Positions 37,987-48,023 of a DNA stretch of 64,000 nucleotides are shown piece by piece; the stretch's first letter is position 1, and the number at the start of each line of letters is the position of its first letter. Source of the stretch: a virus (Duplodnaviria; Caudoviricetes); IMG/VR virus record IMGVR_UViG_3300028197_000002; one strand, given 5' to 3'. Made by a program: the position numbers and the translations under genes. The notes beneath the pieces are model-generated. The model searched no databases. It was not told where the DNA came from and saw nothing but the letters and a program-made list of their open reading frames with translations.

Positions 37987-38408
37987 TTTCCCGTAGAGCC
38001 AAAGCCTCCTGATCCTCTTGTGGTCGAGGACAAATTCTCAGTTTTTTCAAAATCAAAATTAAAACAAGCCTCTATAATGAGTTGAGCTATTTTGTCTCCT
38101 TTTGAAATATTAAAAGAAGAATTTGAATCTGTGTTGAAAAGTATAACTTTTACTTCTCCACGATACGAAGCATCTACGACTCCTGCTAAAACATCTATGC
38201 CACTTTTAAGTGCATGACCTGATTTAGGGGCTATTCTTCCATAATAGTCTGAGGGTATCTCTATAGATATCCCAGTAGAAATTGCCTTTCTTTCTAATGG
38301 TTGTATTATTGCGTCTTCAGAAGCAAACAAATCCGCTCCTGCGTCGGATGGATTTGCTCTATATGGAATTTTTGCATCTTCATTGAGAAGCTTTACTTTT
38401 ATAGGCAT
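37983..38408 (-). CDS. dut: dUTPase (trimeric)
   Basis: AGADL, GRIAPKSG, AGVVDASYRGEV, GDKIAQL, RGSGGFGSTG. Confidence 0.95.
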   Translation of the reverse strand: MPIKVKLLNEDAKIPYRANPSDAGADLFASEDAIIQPLERKAISTGISIEIPSDYYGRIAPKSGHALKSGIDVLAGVVDASYRGEVKVILFNTDSNSSFNISKGDKIAQLIIEACFNFDFEKTENLSSTTRGSGGFGSTGK

Positions 38409-38409
38409 T

Positions 38410-40062
38410 CTATCCCTCACATGCTGCACAAGTTAAAATAGATCTAGCTAGTTCTTGCGCAGGGTTGGCCGATCTCTGATAATAAAAAGTTTTAACCCCC
38501 ATTTCCCACCCTTCAATAAGCAAAGAATTAACTTCCTTTGGAGATGCTGAAGGCGGTATCATTAAGTTTAATGATTGGGATTGATCAATATATTTTTGAC
38601 GCTGGGCGGCTTGAACGACTATGTCTCTTTGACTTATTTCTCCAAAAGTTTTAAAAACATCTTTTTCTTCTTGGCTAAGAAAATTCAAGTGTTGGACTGA
38701 TCCACCTTTTACAAGAATGCTTTTCCAAGTTTCGTCATTGTTTTTATCGTGTTCTTTCAAGATAACTCTTAAATAAGGATTTTTATAAGTAAATTTTCCT
38801 TTAGCTAAATTTTTAACAAAATAATTGGAATTTAAAGGCTCTATCGAAGGACTAACTTGACCCAAAATGAAAGAACTGGATGTTGTTGGAGCAACTGCTA
38901 AAGTTGTTACGTTTCTTCTTCCATATCCCTTTAAAAGTTCTGGTTCTCCAAATTCTTTGGCCATCTCTTCTGTGGTCTTATCTGCTCTTTCTCTTATGGA
39001 CTTCCAAATTTCCATATTTAGATACTTGGCTTCCATTGACTCGAAGGAAATCATTTTAGATTGAAGTAAAGAATGCCATCCTAAAACTCCCATTCCCAAA
39101 GCTCTTTGCTTTTTAGCAAAATCATGAGGAGCTTCCATGTAAGGAACCCCTTCTGTTTTAACAACAAACTCTTCATTTACAGCGTCTAAAAATTTAACTA
39201 ATGTTTCTACCGCGTCTGTTTCTTTTATTTCATCCCAATGAAGTAAATTTATAGAAGATAACACACAAACAAAAGAATTGTCCTTGTCAGAGTGAAGCTG
39301 GATTTCGCTACACAGATTAGAAGCATTTATTTTTAATTTTTTATCTTTATAAACTTTTGGAGCTTGTTTGTTGGTGTTATCAACAAACATGATGTATGGA
39401 TAACCAGTCTCAAATCTTTTTTGAATTACTTTGGCCCACAATTTTCTTTTTTCTTTATCGCCTTCGATAAGTTCTTTCATAAACTTATTGGTAACAGTAA
39501 CTCCTATGCTCATATTTTGAATTGGATGACCTTCGCCTCTAATGTGAAGAAACTCTTCAATATCAGAATGTTCTATTGGCATATAGGCAGCAAAAGAGCC
39601 TCTTCTTGCGCTTCCTTGACTGATGACCTCTGCTACTTTGTCAAAGATTTCCATAAAGTGCACAGCGCCACTAGATTCTCCTCCTACGCTTATCTTGGTT
39701 CCTCTTGCTCTCAGGTCACCAAAAAAGCCTGAAGTGCCTCCGCCAAGTTTTGACATCATGCCAACTTCTGAGGCTTTAGTTAATATGGACTCCATTTTGT
39801 CTTGTATATGACTTCCAAAGCAACTTACAGGAAGTCCTCTTTTATTTCCAAAGTTTGTCCAAATAGGAGTGGCTAAAGAATAGAACCCTTTAGCCATATA
39901 GTCTTCAAACTTCTTGGCGAAATTTTTTATTTTTAATATTTTTTCTGCGTTTTTAGCTATTTGCTTTATTCGTTGCTCAGGAGTAACTCCTTCTTCCAAA
40001 TAGCCTCTTTTTAAAAATAATCTACTATGATTGTTTAGCCAATAAAAATCTTGCTTGCTCAT
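38410..40062 (-). CDS. nrdA: Ribonucleotide reductase class Ia alpha, no ATP cone
   Basis: PVSCF, ASNLCSEI, CVLSSINL, APTTSSS, DQSQSLN, KTFYYQRS, C-terminal CAAC. Confidence 0.96.
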   Translation of the reverse strand: MSKQDFYWLNNHSRLFLKRGYLEEGVTPEQRIKQIAKNAEKILKIKNFAKKFEDYMAKGFYSLATPIWTNFGNKRGLPVSCFGSHIQDKMESILTKASEVGMMSKLGGGTSGFFGDLRARGTKISVGGESSGAVHFMEIFDKVAEVISQGSARRGSFAAYMPIEHSDIEEFLHIRGEGHPIQNMSIGVTVTNKFMKELIEGDKEKRKLWAKVIQKRFETGYPYIMFVDNTNKQAPKVYKDKKLKINASNLCSEIQLHSDKDNSFVCVLSSINLLHWDEIKETDAVETLVKFLDAVNEEFVVKTEGVPYMEAPHDFAKKQRALGMGVLGWHSLLQSKMISFESMEAKYLNMEIWKSIRERADKTTEEMAKEFGEPELLKGYGRRNVTTLAVAPTTSSSFILGQVSPSIEPLNSNYFVKNLAKGKFTYKNPYLRVILKEHDKNNDETWKSILVKGGSVQHLNFLSQEEKDVFKTFGEISQRDIVVQAAQRQKYIDQSQSLNLMIPPSASPKEVNSLLIEGWEMGVKTFYYQRSANPAQELARSILTCAACEG

Positions 40063-40132
40063 TTATTTTTGTACTTAATTTAAGCCTAGGATACTGAAAA
40101 TATAGTATATCAGATAGTGAAAGTTTTACAAA

Positions 40133-41104
40133 TTAAAACAAATCATCTTCTGAGAAGCTTTTTCCTTTTTTACTATATTCAACAGGTCTTGAATGAAAAA
40201 AATCAGACATGTTGTTTCCAAGAACTTGTTCATCAAACCAATGAGTTTTGGCAAGCAATTCTTTATTAATTTCAAATACTTTACTATATCCAATTTCTTG
40301 TAAAGATTCGTTCATTCTATTTTTTATAAATTCTTTTAGAATAGCTGAGTTTAATTTTTCTTCTCCATATCCATTAACAATCCATTCAATGATTTGCATC
40401 TCATACTTGACAGCTTCTTTCGCTTCGCTAATTATTTTTTCTTCTAATTCTTCATCAAATAACTCTGGATATTCGTCTCTTATTACATTTATTATCTTCA
40501 TGCCGATCATAGCGTGAAGGTTTTCCTCTCTAGATGTGTATTCTACTTGCTTGTTGGTATCTTTAAGTAGGTTTCTATATCTTCCAAACCAACTTATTGT
40601 ATAAAATTGTGAAAACAAAGCTATGTTTTCCACAAACAAAGTAAATAAAACCAAAGAATAAATAAATTGTTTTTTATTGTCCGAGTGGAACTTATGCAAA
40701 TGCTTTCTTAAATAATTAACTCTTCCTTTGATAATATCCAGCTCTAACATTTGGTCGAAAGAATCTTCGATTCCCAAGACTTCAAGAAGTCTCTCATAAG
40801 CATCTCCATGTATGACCTCTGTATTTGCCATTACATAGCCCATGTCATTTATGCTTGGATGTGGAAGATTGTCTCCAAGCTTTGCCCAAAACTTTTTAAC
40901 TGATATCTCTAATTGGCCAATTGTCGCTAAAGCTCTTTTTACTATTTCTTTTTCTTGAGCAGTTAAGGAAACCATAAAATCTTGTTTGTCGCTTTGAAAG
41001 CTAAACTCTTTATCAGTCCAAAATCCATTGTGCATTGCTTCAATGAAGTCCTGCGTCCATGAATAGTGGTCTGGCTTCCGTGATATCTGCTCTTCAAAAA
41101 TCAT
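40133..41104 (-). CDS. nrdB: Ribonucleotide reductase class Ia beta
   Basis: FWTDKE, EVIHGDAY, LFVENIALFSQF, SREENLH, DFF. Confidence 0.96.
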   Translation of the reverse strand: MIFEEQISRKPDHYSWTQDFIEAMHNGFWTDKEFSFQSDKQDFMVSLTAQEKEIVKRALATIGQLEISVKKFWAKLGDNLPHPSINDMGYVMANTEVIHGDAYERLLEVLGIEDSFDQMLELDIIKGRVNYLRKHLHKFHSDNKKQFIYSLVLFTLFVENIALFSQFYTISWFGRYRNLLKDTNKQVEYTSREENLHAMIGMKIINVIRDEYPELFDEELEEKIISEAKEAVKYEMQIIEWIVNGYGEEKLNSAILKEFIKNRMNESLQEIGYSKVFEINKELLAKTHWFDEQVLGNNMSDFFHSRPVEYSKKGKSFSEDDLF

Positions 41105-41204
41105 ATAAAAATTCTCCTCGTAATTTGTTTTTCTTTATTCTCGATAAGATATATCTAAGTTTGATAAAAAATTTTTTTCAACTATTGAAAATTTTTTTTG
41201 TCAA

Positions 41205-43202
41205 TTACTTCAAAGTTGTAAATCCTTCGCTTTTTTCTAGATTTATTAAATCGCAACCTTGAAGCAAATCTAGTAAATTTTCATCATGAGTTGTTATAAA
41301 AATCTTTCTATCCTTTGCAAGTTCAGAAATCATACTATAAACACCAACCACTCCAATTGGATCAATATTAGTGGTTACTTCATCTAAAAACACCAAAGAA
41401 GGACAAACTCCAGAACTTAGCGTCATTATATGAGCAAAGGCTTGCGAAACAGCTAGATTCAGTCTTCTTCTTTCTCCTCCACTCATTGCGTGATAAACAA
41501 AAGGATCGCCATCAGAAGGGCTTCTTTCTATTTTCTCATCCAACTCATTGTTAAATTCTAAACTTATTTTATTATCAATTAAGAACTGCAGCCAATAAGC
41601 AACTTTAGAATTAAGAGCGGGTATAATACCATCTATTATAAATTTTCTAATTCCAGAATCTCCAAAGGCAACTACCCAGAATTCATAATAAGGCAGTTCT
41701 TTTTCTGCTTTATTCAACTCTTCTTTTTTATTTTTCAAAGAAGACGCTTTATTCTCTAGGTCTGTGCTTAAGGAACTTTTAATTTCAATAAAAGGACTTT
41801 TTTCTAAGTCTTTCTTTTTATCACTTATTTGCTCTTCAGTATGTAGCACCTTCTCTTCTAGTATTTTTTGATTGACATCAGAATTTTCAGGCTTAGAGAT
41901 TTTTTCTAATTCTTTTATTCTTTTGTCCGTGTTTGCGGCATTTTCTTTGTTTTCGTGCTGTTTATCTTGAGCAGAACCTACTACTTTTTCAAACTTTTTA
42001 ATTGCTTTATTGTCTATTTCTACTTTTGCGTCTAAAGTGCTTTTTTCAGCCTCTTTTTCAGAAACGAATTTTTCTAATTCCTTTATTTTAGATTTTACTT
42101 TGGATAAGTATTTTTCATAATTTTTTTCTTGTATTTCTCCAAAACAGAATTGGCATTTTTTGCCTTTATTAGAATTAAATTTTTCTATTTCCTTGGAACA
42201 TTCTTTTATTGATTTTTTGGAATTGTTAATTTCATTTTCAACATTATTTATTTCCATCTGCGTAGAGTTCAATAAACTTTTTTGTTCATTGACTTTGTTT
42301 TTGGCAGAATCTATTATTTCATATATTTTAGATAAATTTGAAGCATGGCTTTCAATTTCTGCTTTTAAACCTTCTATTGTTTTTTGACTTTCAAGGTACA
42401 GCTTCATATCTTGATCACTAGATTCAATTTCTGTCTTTTTTAATTCAGATAGCTTTTGTTCAAGATCTTGTATTTCTGTTCTCTTCTTTTCTTTCCATTG
42501 ATCTTCTTGATCTTGTGCTATGTTAATTCTTTTTGCAATTTGAGATTCTTGATCTTCTAAATTTTCTACTTCGTAACAATAATTTTTTATTTGATCTTTT
42601 TTGTTTTTTCTAAGCTCTTTTGCTTTATCTGCAAAGTCTCTATATTTGTCTAATGAAAGCAGGTTTTCTATTATTTGTCTTTTACTTGCCGCATCGCACT
42701 CTAAGAAACTTCCTGCGTTGTTGTCGGTAAACACAAGAACATTTACGAATGTTTCATAGTTTAAGCCTATCTTATCTTCAATTAATTTTTGCGTAGCAGG
42801 CATTCCTCCGAGAGTTATCTCAGTTTCATTTCCCCATTTGTGTTTTTTATCTTCCCAAATGCGAAGAGAGTCAGGCTTTCTTTTTCTAACTAATTTAAAA
42901 TTTCCCCATCTTACTTCTATTTCTAAATTCTTTCCAGTTTTATTATTGATTACATTTTTATGCGTAATTTTTTTATGGTTTTTTATGGTTTTCCCATAAA
43001 GCCCATAAACAATTATTTCGGGTATGCTTGATTTACCAACTCCATTGCTTGACGTTCTATCGTCATCAATGTTTTTAACATCAAGATTGCTACCTTTAAT
43101 TAAAACAATATCGGAGCACTTGCTTAAATCAAGCTCGATCCCATCGGGACCGAAGCACAGAAAGTTCTTTGCAGCTATATAATTAAAATCTAAATTTTCC
43201 AT
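41205..43202 (-). CDS. SbcC/Rad50/T4 gp46-like SMC ATPase
   Basis: Walker A NGVGKSS, central CQFC hook, signature MSGGE, Walker B LVFLDEV, H-loop ITTHD. Confidence 0.95.
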   Translation of the reverse strand: MENLDFNYIAAKNFLCFGPDGIELDLSKCSDIVLIKGSNLDVKNIDDDRTSSNGVGKSSIPEIIVYGLYGKTIKNHKKITHKNVINNKTGKNLEIEVRWGNFKLVRKRKPDSLRIWEDKKHKWGNETEITLGGMPATQKLIEDKIGLNYETFVNVLVFTDNNAGSFLECDAASKRQIIENLLSLDKYRDFADKAKELRKNKKDQIKNYCYEVENLEDQESQIAKRINIAQDQEDQWKEKKRTEIQDLEQKLSELKKTEIESSDQDMKLYLESQKTIEGLKAEIESHASNLSKIYEIIDSAKNKVNEQKSLLNSTQMEINNVENEINNSKKSIKECSKEIEKFNSNKGKKCQFCFGEIQEKNYEKYLSKVKSKIKELEKFVSEKEAEKSTLDAKVEIDNKAIKKFEKVVGSAQDKQHENKENAANTDKRIKELEKISKPENSDVNQKILEEKVLHTEEQISDKKKDLEKSPFIEIKSSLSTDLENKASSLKNKKEELNKAEKELPYYEFWVVAFGDSGIRKFIIDGIIPALNSKVAYWLQFLIDNKISLEFNNELDEKIERSPSDGDPFVYHAMSGGERRRLNLAVSQAFAHIMTLSSGVCPSLVFLDEVTTNIDPIGVVGVYSMISELAKDRKIFITTHDENLLDLLQGCDLINLEKSEGFTTLK

Positions 43203-43233
43203 CATGCCATTATAAGATTAAAGTCATTTTCAA

Positions 43234-44298
43234 TCAATTACAAATACTTTTGCCAATAGAAATTAGCTTAGTTTTTTCTAATTCTGTTTTAACTTGTTCA
43301 ATATACTTTTCTATCATCTCGTCTTCTTTTTGCAAAATGACTTTAGCATCTTCGACAACATGTTCTTCTCTTTTAACAGATTGTTTTATCTGTATTGAAG
43401 AAACTTTATTTTCTTTAATTAATTTTTTTCTTACTTCCATTATTGAAGAGGAACTCATGTCTTCAACTTCTAATCTAACAAAATTTCCCTCTAGGTCGTA
43501 TTGGTCAATTTCATCTTCTTTAATTATGAAATGTTTAGGACTGAACTCGTTTTCCACATATTCAGATTCATCTTTTTCTAAATCATAAATTAAAACATGC
43601 TTCTTTTGGAATGCTTCTCCAAAACTTAATTGCAACGGAGAACCAACGTACTCTACGTTGTCATCTATTTTTTGCTCTGCGTGGTAGTGGCCCAAGAAAA
43701 CTTTGTCCCATTTCTTAAAAACACCTTTGTCAACTTTTATCATTTCTCCATCATGTTCTACCGAAACTTCTGCCATGGTGTTGTATTTTAAATTCCAAAG
43801 GGATCCATCTACTGCTATATGCGCTCCTAATATTTTCTTTTTATTCTTTAATTTACTATATTTTTTTTCTAATGACTTTAAGTCATTTATCGGATCATGA
43901 GTATAAGGAAGAAATGCAAATAAATTCTCTTCATTTTCCGTCAAGGATATAACACTAGGCTCGTTTATAACTTTAACACCCGGAAGAGTCCTCAAAGGAT
44001 TTACAGAAGACACGTCCCATTTCTGGTCATGCCACATATCATGATTGCCTAAAAGAATGAAAAATTTTAAATCATTTTTAAGTAAATGCTTTTCAAGAAC
44101 TTCAAATGTTTTTTGGTAAGTCAAAACATCTATTTTCTGCCTATCATGGAACAAATCTCCCAAAAAAACCACATGTTTAATTTCTTTGGCGGCTGCTGTT
44201 TCGAATGCCCAATCTAACGCACGGATACAATCTTCAAGTCTTTCTACAGACTTTTTGTGCGGATGGATATGAATATCTGTAAATATTAAAGTTTTCAT
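43234..44298 (-). CDS. SbcD/Mre11/T4 gp47-like nuclease
   Basis: DIHIH, LGDLFH, GNHD, GAH, LGHYH, YVGSP. Confidence 0.93.
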   Translation of the reverse strand: MKTLIFTDIHIHPHKKSVERLEDCIRALDWAFETAAAKEIKHVVFLGDLFHDRQKIDVLTYQKTFEVLEKHLLKNDLKFFILLGNHDMWHDQKWDVSSVNPLRTLPGVKVINEPSVISLTENEENLFAFLPYTHDPINDLKSLEKKYSKLKNKKKILGAHIAVDGSLWNLKYNTMAEVSVEHDGEMIKVDKGVFKKWDKVFLGHYHAEQKIDDNVEYVGSPLQLSFGEAFQKKHVLIYDLEKDESEYVENEFSPKHFIIKEDEIDQYDLEGNFVRLEVEDMSSSSIMEVRKKLIKENKVSSIQIKQSVKREEHVVEDAKVILQKEDEMIEKYIEQVKTELEKTKLISIGKSICN

Positions 44299-44322
44299 TA
44301 AATAACATTATATCAGACAATG

Positions 44323-44610
44323 CTATTTTTGTCGATCTTTATTCTTTACATAATCCTTTAAAAGATCCCAGATATTTAAAGATTTAATTTCTTGAGCATT
44401 AACAGGCTTGTTCTCAGCGTTCTGGGCATCTATTCCACCTCCTAAAGGATCTGCTCCTAAAGATGCGTCGAAGTTTGGGCTGGGCGCGTTTGGCGGTGGA
44501 GGTGGCGAACTAGAAGCTCCTAAGCCAATTGAAGAACTATCGCTTCCTGTCTCTGGGGCTGGGCTTTCTGGTGACGCTTCTTCAACTTCATTTACATTGT
44601 ATTTTTTCAT
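44323..44610 (-). CDS. Pro/Ser-rich low-complexity protein
   Basis: SSSPPPPPNAPSP; TATAAATA immediately upstream. Confidence 0.6.
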   Translation of the reverse strand: MKKYNVNEVEEASPESPAPETGSDSSSIGLGASSSPPPPPNAPSPNFDASLGADPLGGGIDAQNAENKPVNAQEIKSLNIWDLLKDYVKNKDRQK

Positions 44611-44643
44611 GTATTTATATACGCAAAATATTAATAATATTTC

Positions 44644-45402
44644 TTAAAGCTCAGTTAAAATTTCATATCCGTCATCAACACATAATATTAAATGTTCATA
44701 TTGAGCAGACAATTTTCTATCTGTTGTTACCGCTGTCCAATTGTCTTCTAATATGACACAATCGGAGGTTCCTAAGTTTATCATAGGCTCAATTGTAAAT
44801 GTCATTCCCGGCATTATTTTAGGTCCAAAATTTTTAAATTTTTCATCTACATAATGACATATTTTTGGGTCTTCATGAAATTCAACTCCACACCCATGAC
44901 CCACAAAATTCTCTACAACAGAGTACCCTGTTCCTTTTGAAAAGCTTGTTATTGCATGGCCAATCATGTTGAAAGGAACGTTTGGACCAACGACTTCAAT
45001 TCCCTTTCGCAACGATTCTTTTGTGTGTTTTAAAAGATTTTGAGATTCTTCTGATATCTGGCCGACAGTATACATTTTGCTAGTGTCGCCAAAATAACCA
45101 TCTACTATGGTGGTTATATCTATATTTAAAATATCTCCTTCTTTAAGTATCTGTTCGTCAGAAGGAATTCCATGGCAAACGACTTCATTCACAGAAATAC
45201 AACTTTCAGCAGGATAGCCTCTATAGTTCAAAGTTGCAGCGACAGCATTATTTTTTTTTATAAATTTGGATATCTGTTCATTTACGAATCCTGTCGTCTC
45301 TCCTAGTTTTACAAATTGTTCAGCATGAACTAAACATTCAGCTGCTAATTTGCAACTTTTTTTAATTCCTTCAATCTGGCTTTTTGTTTTTATAGGTATC
45401 AT
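44644..45402 (-). CDS. map: Methionine aminopeptidase type I
   Basis: VCHGIP, NIDIT, DGYFGDTS, GHGCG..FHEDP, TIEPMIN, SAQYEH. Confidence 0.95.
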   Translation of the reverse strand: MIPIKTKSQIEGIKKSCKLAAECLVHAEQFVKLGETTGFVNEQISKFIKKNNAVAATLNYRGYPAESCISVNEVVCHGIPSDEQILKEGDILNIDITTIVDGYFGDTSKMYTVGQISEESQNLLKHTKESLRKGIEVVGPNVPFNMIGHAITSFSKGTGYSVVENFVGHGCGVEFHEDPKICHYVDEKFKNFGPKIMPGMTFTIEPMINLGTSDCVILEDNWTAVTTDRKLSAQYEHLILCVDDGYEILTEL

Positions 45403-45445
45403 TATTTTATTATAGCTTAATGTACAATTAAAGAAAGTTAAATTA

Positions 45446-46027
45446 TTATTTTAAATTAGAAATCTGTGGTATGTTTCTAGAGAACCTATCCCAATTCTGT
45501 TCCGCCCACTTTTTAAATTTAACTTCTGCGTTCTTTGGCCCAATTTCATTTGTTTTTCCAGTAGTTTGAAATTCTAATGCATGAGTGGCTTCATGAATAA
45601 TTGTGCTTGCTATTTCTAATATTGCTGCTTTCGAGTCTCTAAGTTCTTTTAAAATTTTATTGACGTTAACTTTTATTACATCTGAAGGTTGAATTTTTGA
45701 TACGTCTATATCTGGAAGATAATCTTTTAAAACTTGATTTGGAAGTTTTTCTAAATTTTGAAGAGCTTTTGGATCGTTCCCAAATTTAAGTCTTATTTTA
45801 GACAAAACATCATTTCCAATTAATTTTTTATTTTCGCCCGAGCTATAAAGGCCATAAACGGATGATGTCAAAGGAGCTATTGTGCTTATGTTTTTCAAAA
45901 GATTTCTATCATACATTCTTACAAGTTGCACTGCGTACTTAGCCTTGTCGTAAATCACATTGAGCTGTCGTTCATCTACTTGATCAGTACCAATCGTATT
46001 TTGTTCAAACCATTTTTTAAAATTCAT
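45446..46027 (-). CDS. CTS-like protein with HEXXH zinc-metallopeptidase motif
   Basis: MNFKKWFE; IIHEATHALE...NEIGPKNAE. Confidence 0.65.
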   Translation of the reverse strand: MNFKKWFEQNTIGTDQVDERQLNVIYDKAKYAVQLVRMYDRNLLKNISTIAPLTSSVYGLYSSGENKKLIGNDVLSKIRLKFGNDPKALQNLEKLPNQVLKDYLPDIDVSKIQPSDVIKVNVNKILKELRDSKAAILEIASTIIHEATHALEFQTTGKTNEIGPKNAEVKFKKWAEQNWDRFSRNIPQISNLK

Positions 46028-46085
46028 TTTTTCACCTATTCATTACAGTTGCTTTATATATTAAACTTTAATAAACATTTATAAA

Positions 46086-46466
46086 ATGAAGTATAAAATT
46101 ATGCATAGGAGGCAAACTTTGAAAATAAGCAAAGAATGGATTCACGCTATTTTTCCCAAAAATAGCTCTTATTTTAAATTAAAAAAAAGTGATTTTTCAC
46201 TCTCAGGTTGGAAATATATTTCTAAATATCAATACCATTATGTTGAATTGGCGATTATAGAAACAAAAGAAGAGTCAGATTTGTTTCATTTGTTTTGGGA
46301 ATCTCCAATGAAAATGGAATTTGGAGCAATAATATCAAAAGAAAAATTAAAGAATTCAGATTATAAATTGCATTCAAATATTGAAAATATAAATTATTAC
46401 ATTAATGAAAAACACAAAAATAAGATAAAACACAAAATCTTTTGTACCTCTATTTTTGTATCATAA
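46086..46466 (+). CDS. Hypothetical protein
   Basis: 126-aa ORF filling the gap; the start may be an internal Met. Confidence 0.5.
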   Translation: MKYKIMHRRQTLKISKEWIHAIFPKNSSYFKLKKSDFSLSGWKYISKYQYHYVELAIIETKEESDLFHLFWESPMKMEFGAIISKEKLKNSDYKLHSNIENINYYINEKHKNKIKHKIFCTSIFVS

Positions 46467-47276
46467 GGCGCTTAATTGTTCAGAAAGTTTGTTGGCTAGT
46501 TGAATATATTCTCTGTAGTACTTCAACACGCATTGATTATCATTCAAATGAGAAAAGTGAAAAAACACGGACTCAAAAACATTGTTGTTAGTGTCTGTTG
46601 ATATGACTTTATCTCCCGAAAAAGTTTTTTTTAATTCTATGTCATTCCAAGAAGCTAAGTTACACCCTTTATGTTTGCATACTTTTACATTGTCAAAATT
46701 AAGATGAATAAAGTCTAAGTATCTTTGGTCTACATAAAGACCAATTCCTGGGCTTTCTTCACACTTCCAATAACAACAGTCAGCCCACCAACTTATGGCA
46801 TCTAAAGATTTTTTAGATGCGCCAATAAACCCAGCATTAAAAAATCCATGAGTAAAGTTTACTGAAAAGTTTTTGTAAGAAGGAGAAGAAGGTCTCCAAT
46901 GTCGGGTCAATAATAAGCCATCTATATCTTCTAGTAAAAAATTCCAATCAGAAACAAAGTAGATGTCTGGGTCTACGTAGATTACCTTGTCGTATTTTTT
47001 TAAAAGTTTTTTTATCAAAAAAGGTTTTGTAGCCCACCGAGTATTGTCATTGTAAAAATTATTGTTCAAATTAATTAATTCATATTCTTCTATGAAATTT
47101 TTATCTAGGACCTTTACATCATCAAGTTGACCAGATACGTTTTTTTGTCCTGTCGCCGGTGCGTTTAAAATATAGAAGTCCACATCTTCTTTATATTTCT
47201 TCATAGAAAACAATGTAGACATTGCTCTTGATAAGAAATTTGTAGATGCAATTGTGCAAACGCAATTTTTATTCAT
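46461..47276 (-). CDS. Glycosyltransferase (GT8-like)
   Basis: ATKPF, IYVDPDIYF (DxD), FFNAGFIG, DQRYLD, NLASWN, FFHFS. Confidence 0.85.
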   Translation of the reverse strand: MNKNCVCTIASTNFLSRAMSTLFSMKKYKEDVDFYILNAPATGQKNVSGQLDDVKVLDKNFIEEYELINLNNNFYNDNTRWATKPFLIKKLLKKYDKVIYVDPDIYFVSDWNFLLEDIDGLLLTRHWRPSSPSYKNFSVNFTHGFFNAGFIGASKKSLDAISWWADCCYWKCEESPGIGLYVDQRYLDFIHLNFDNVKVCKHKGCNLASWNDIELKKTFSGDKVISTDTNNNVFESVFFHFSHLNDNQCVLKYYREYIQLANKLSEQLSAL

Positions 47277-47988
47277 AGATCATAAACTCGTTTTTTGTGC
47301 CTTTAAGGGAATTGGCTAATTCTTCATAATTTAAAACATTTTGTCGAACTGTTTTTTTATTTATTTTTTTAAGGCTTGTTCGTAAACGCTCAGGTTCAAC
47401 TTTTAAGAAATTTTGAACTAATAAAAAATGACTATTTGAATCTTGAATCAATTTTTCATAAGATATTTTGATCACATTAGAGCTATCGCTAGATATTATA
47501 TCTAAAATTCTTCTTTCATTATTGTTTTCTTGAAGCAAAAAATTTTTAAATTCATCTAAATCTAAAACAATTTTTTTACTTTTTGGAATTTTTTCTTCCC
47601 CTCTGTAGTGCCAAGTTTTACTTGATCGAGCTTTTTTCAAAGAAATAAATTGTTTTATTTTATTGTTTCTATAGAGAAAAATTATTTTTGAGTGATTTGA
47701 AATATATTTCCAAGAAGGGTTGTTGATTGAAAATTGATCTCTGTGAATTTTAAAGCCATTGCGTTTTTTAAATATGCTTTCAATCACATCGCTACAATCA
47801 TATTTCCTATTGAAATCAGAAGGATTCAATCCCATGTCAAGTAAATAGGCCATTCTGTACGCACCCCAGTACTTACAATTCCAACAAAAAAATTCATCTA
47901 AAAGAGAAATTTTAGAATGAGAATCTAAACTTTCTCTTAAAAATGTACTTCCGACTCTATTGCTGCCTAATATTACAAAATTATTCAT
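47269..47988 (-). CDS. Sulfotransferase (Stf0/LPS-type)
   Basis: 5'-PSB-like SNRVGSTFL; 3'-PB-like LYRNNKIKQFIS; ISYEKL. Confidence 0.8.
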   Translation of the reverse strand: MNNFVILGSNRVGSTFLRESLDSHSKISLLDEFFCWNCKYWGAYRMAYLLDMGLNPSDFNRKYDCSDVIESIFKKRNGFKIHRDQFSINNPSWKYISNHSKIIFLYRNNKIKQFISLKKARSSKTWHYRGEEKIPKSKKIVLDLDEFKNFLLQENNNERRILDIISSDSSNVIKISYEKLIQDSNSHFLLVQNFLKVEPERLRTSLKKINKKTVRQNVLNYEELANSLKGTKNEFMIYE

Positions 47989-48023
47989 ATATAATATAAA
48001 AGTAACATTAAAAGGTAAAAATA

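Noticed and set aside
38410-41104. Introns or inteins in nrdA/nrdB
   Set aside because: Both ORFs are continuous and of compact length, with no splicing motifs.
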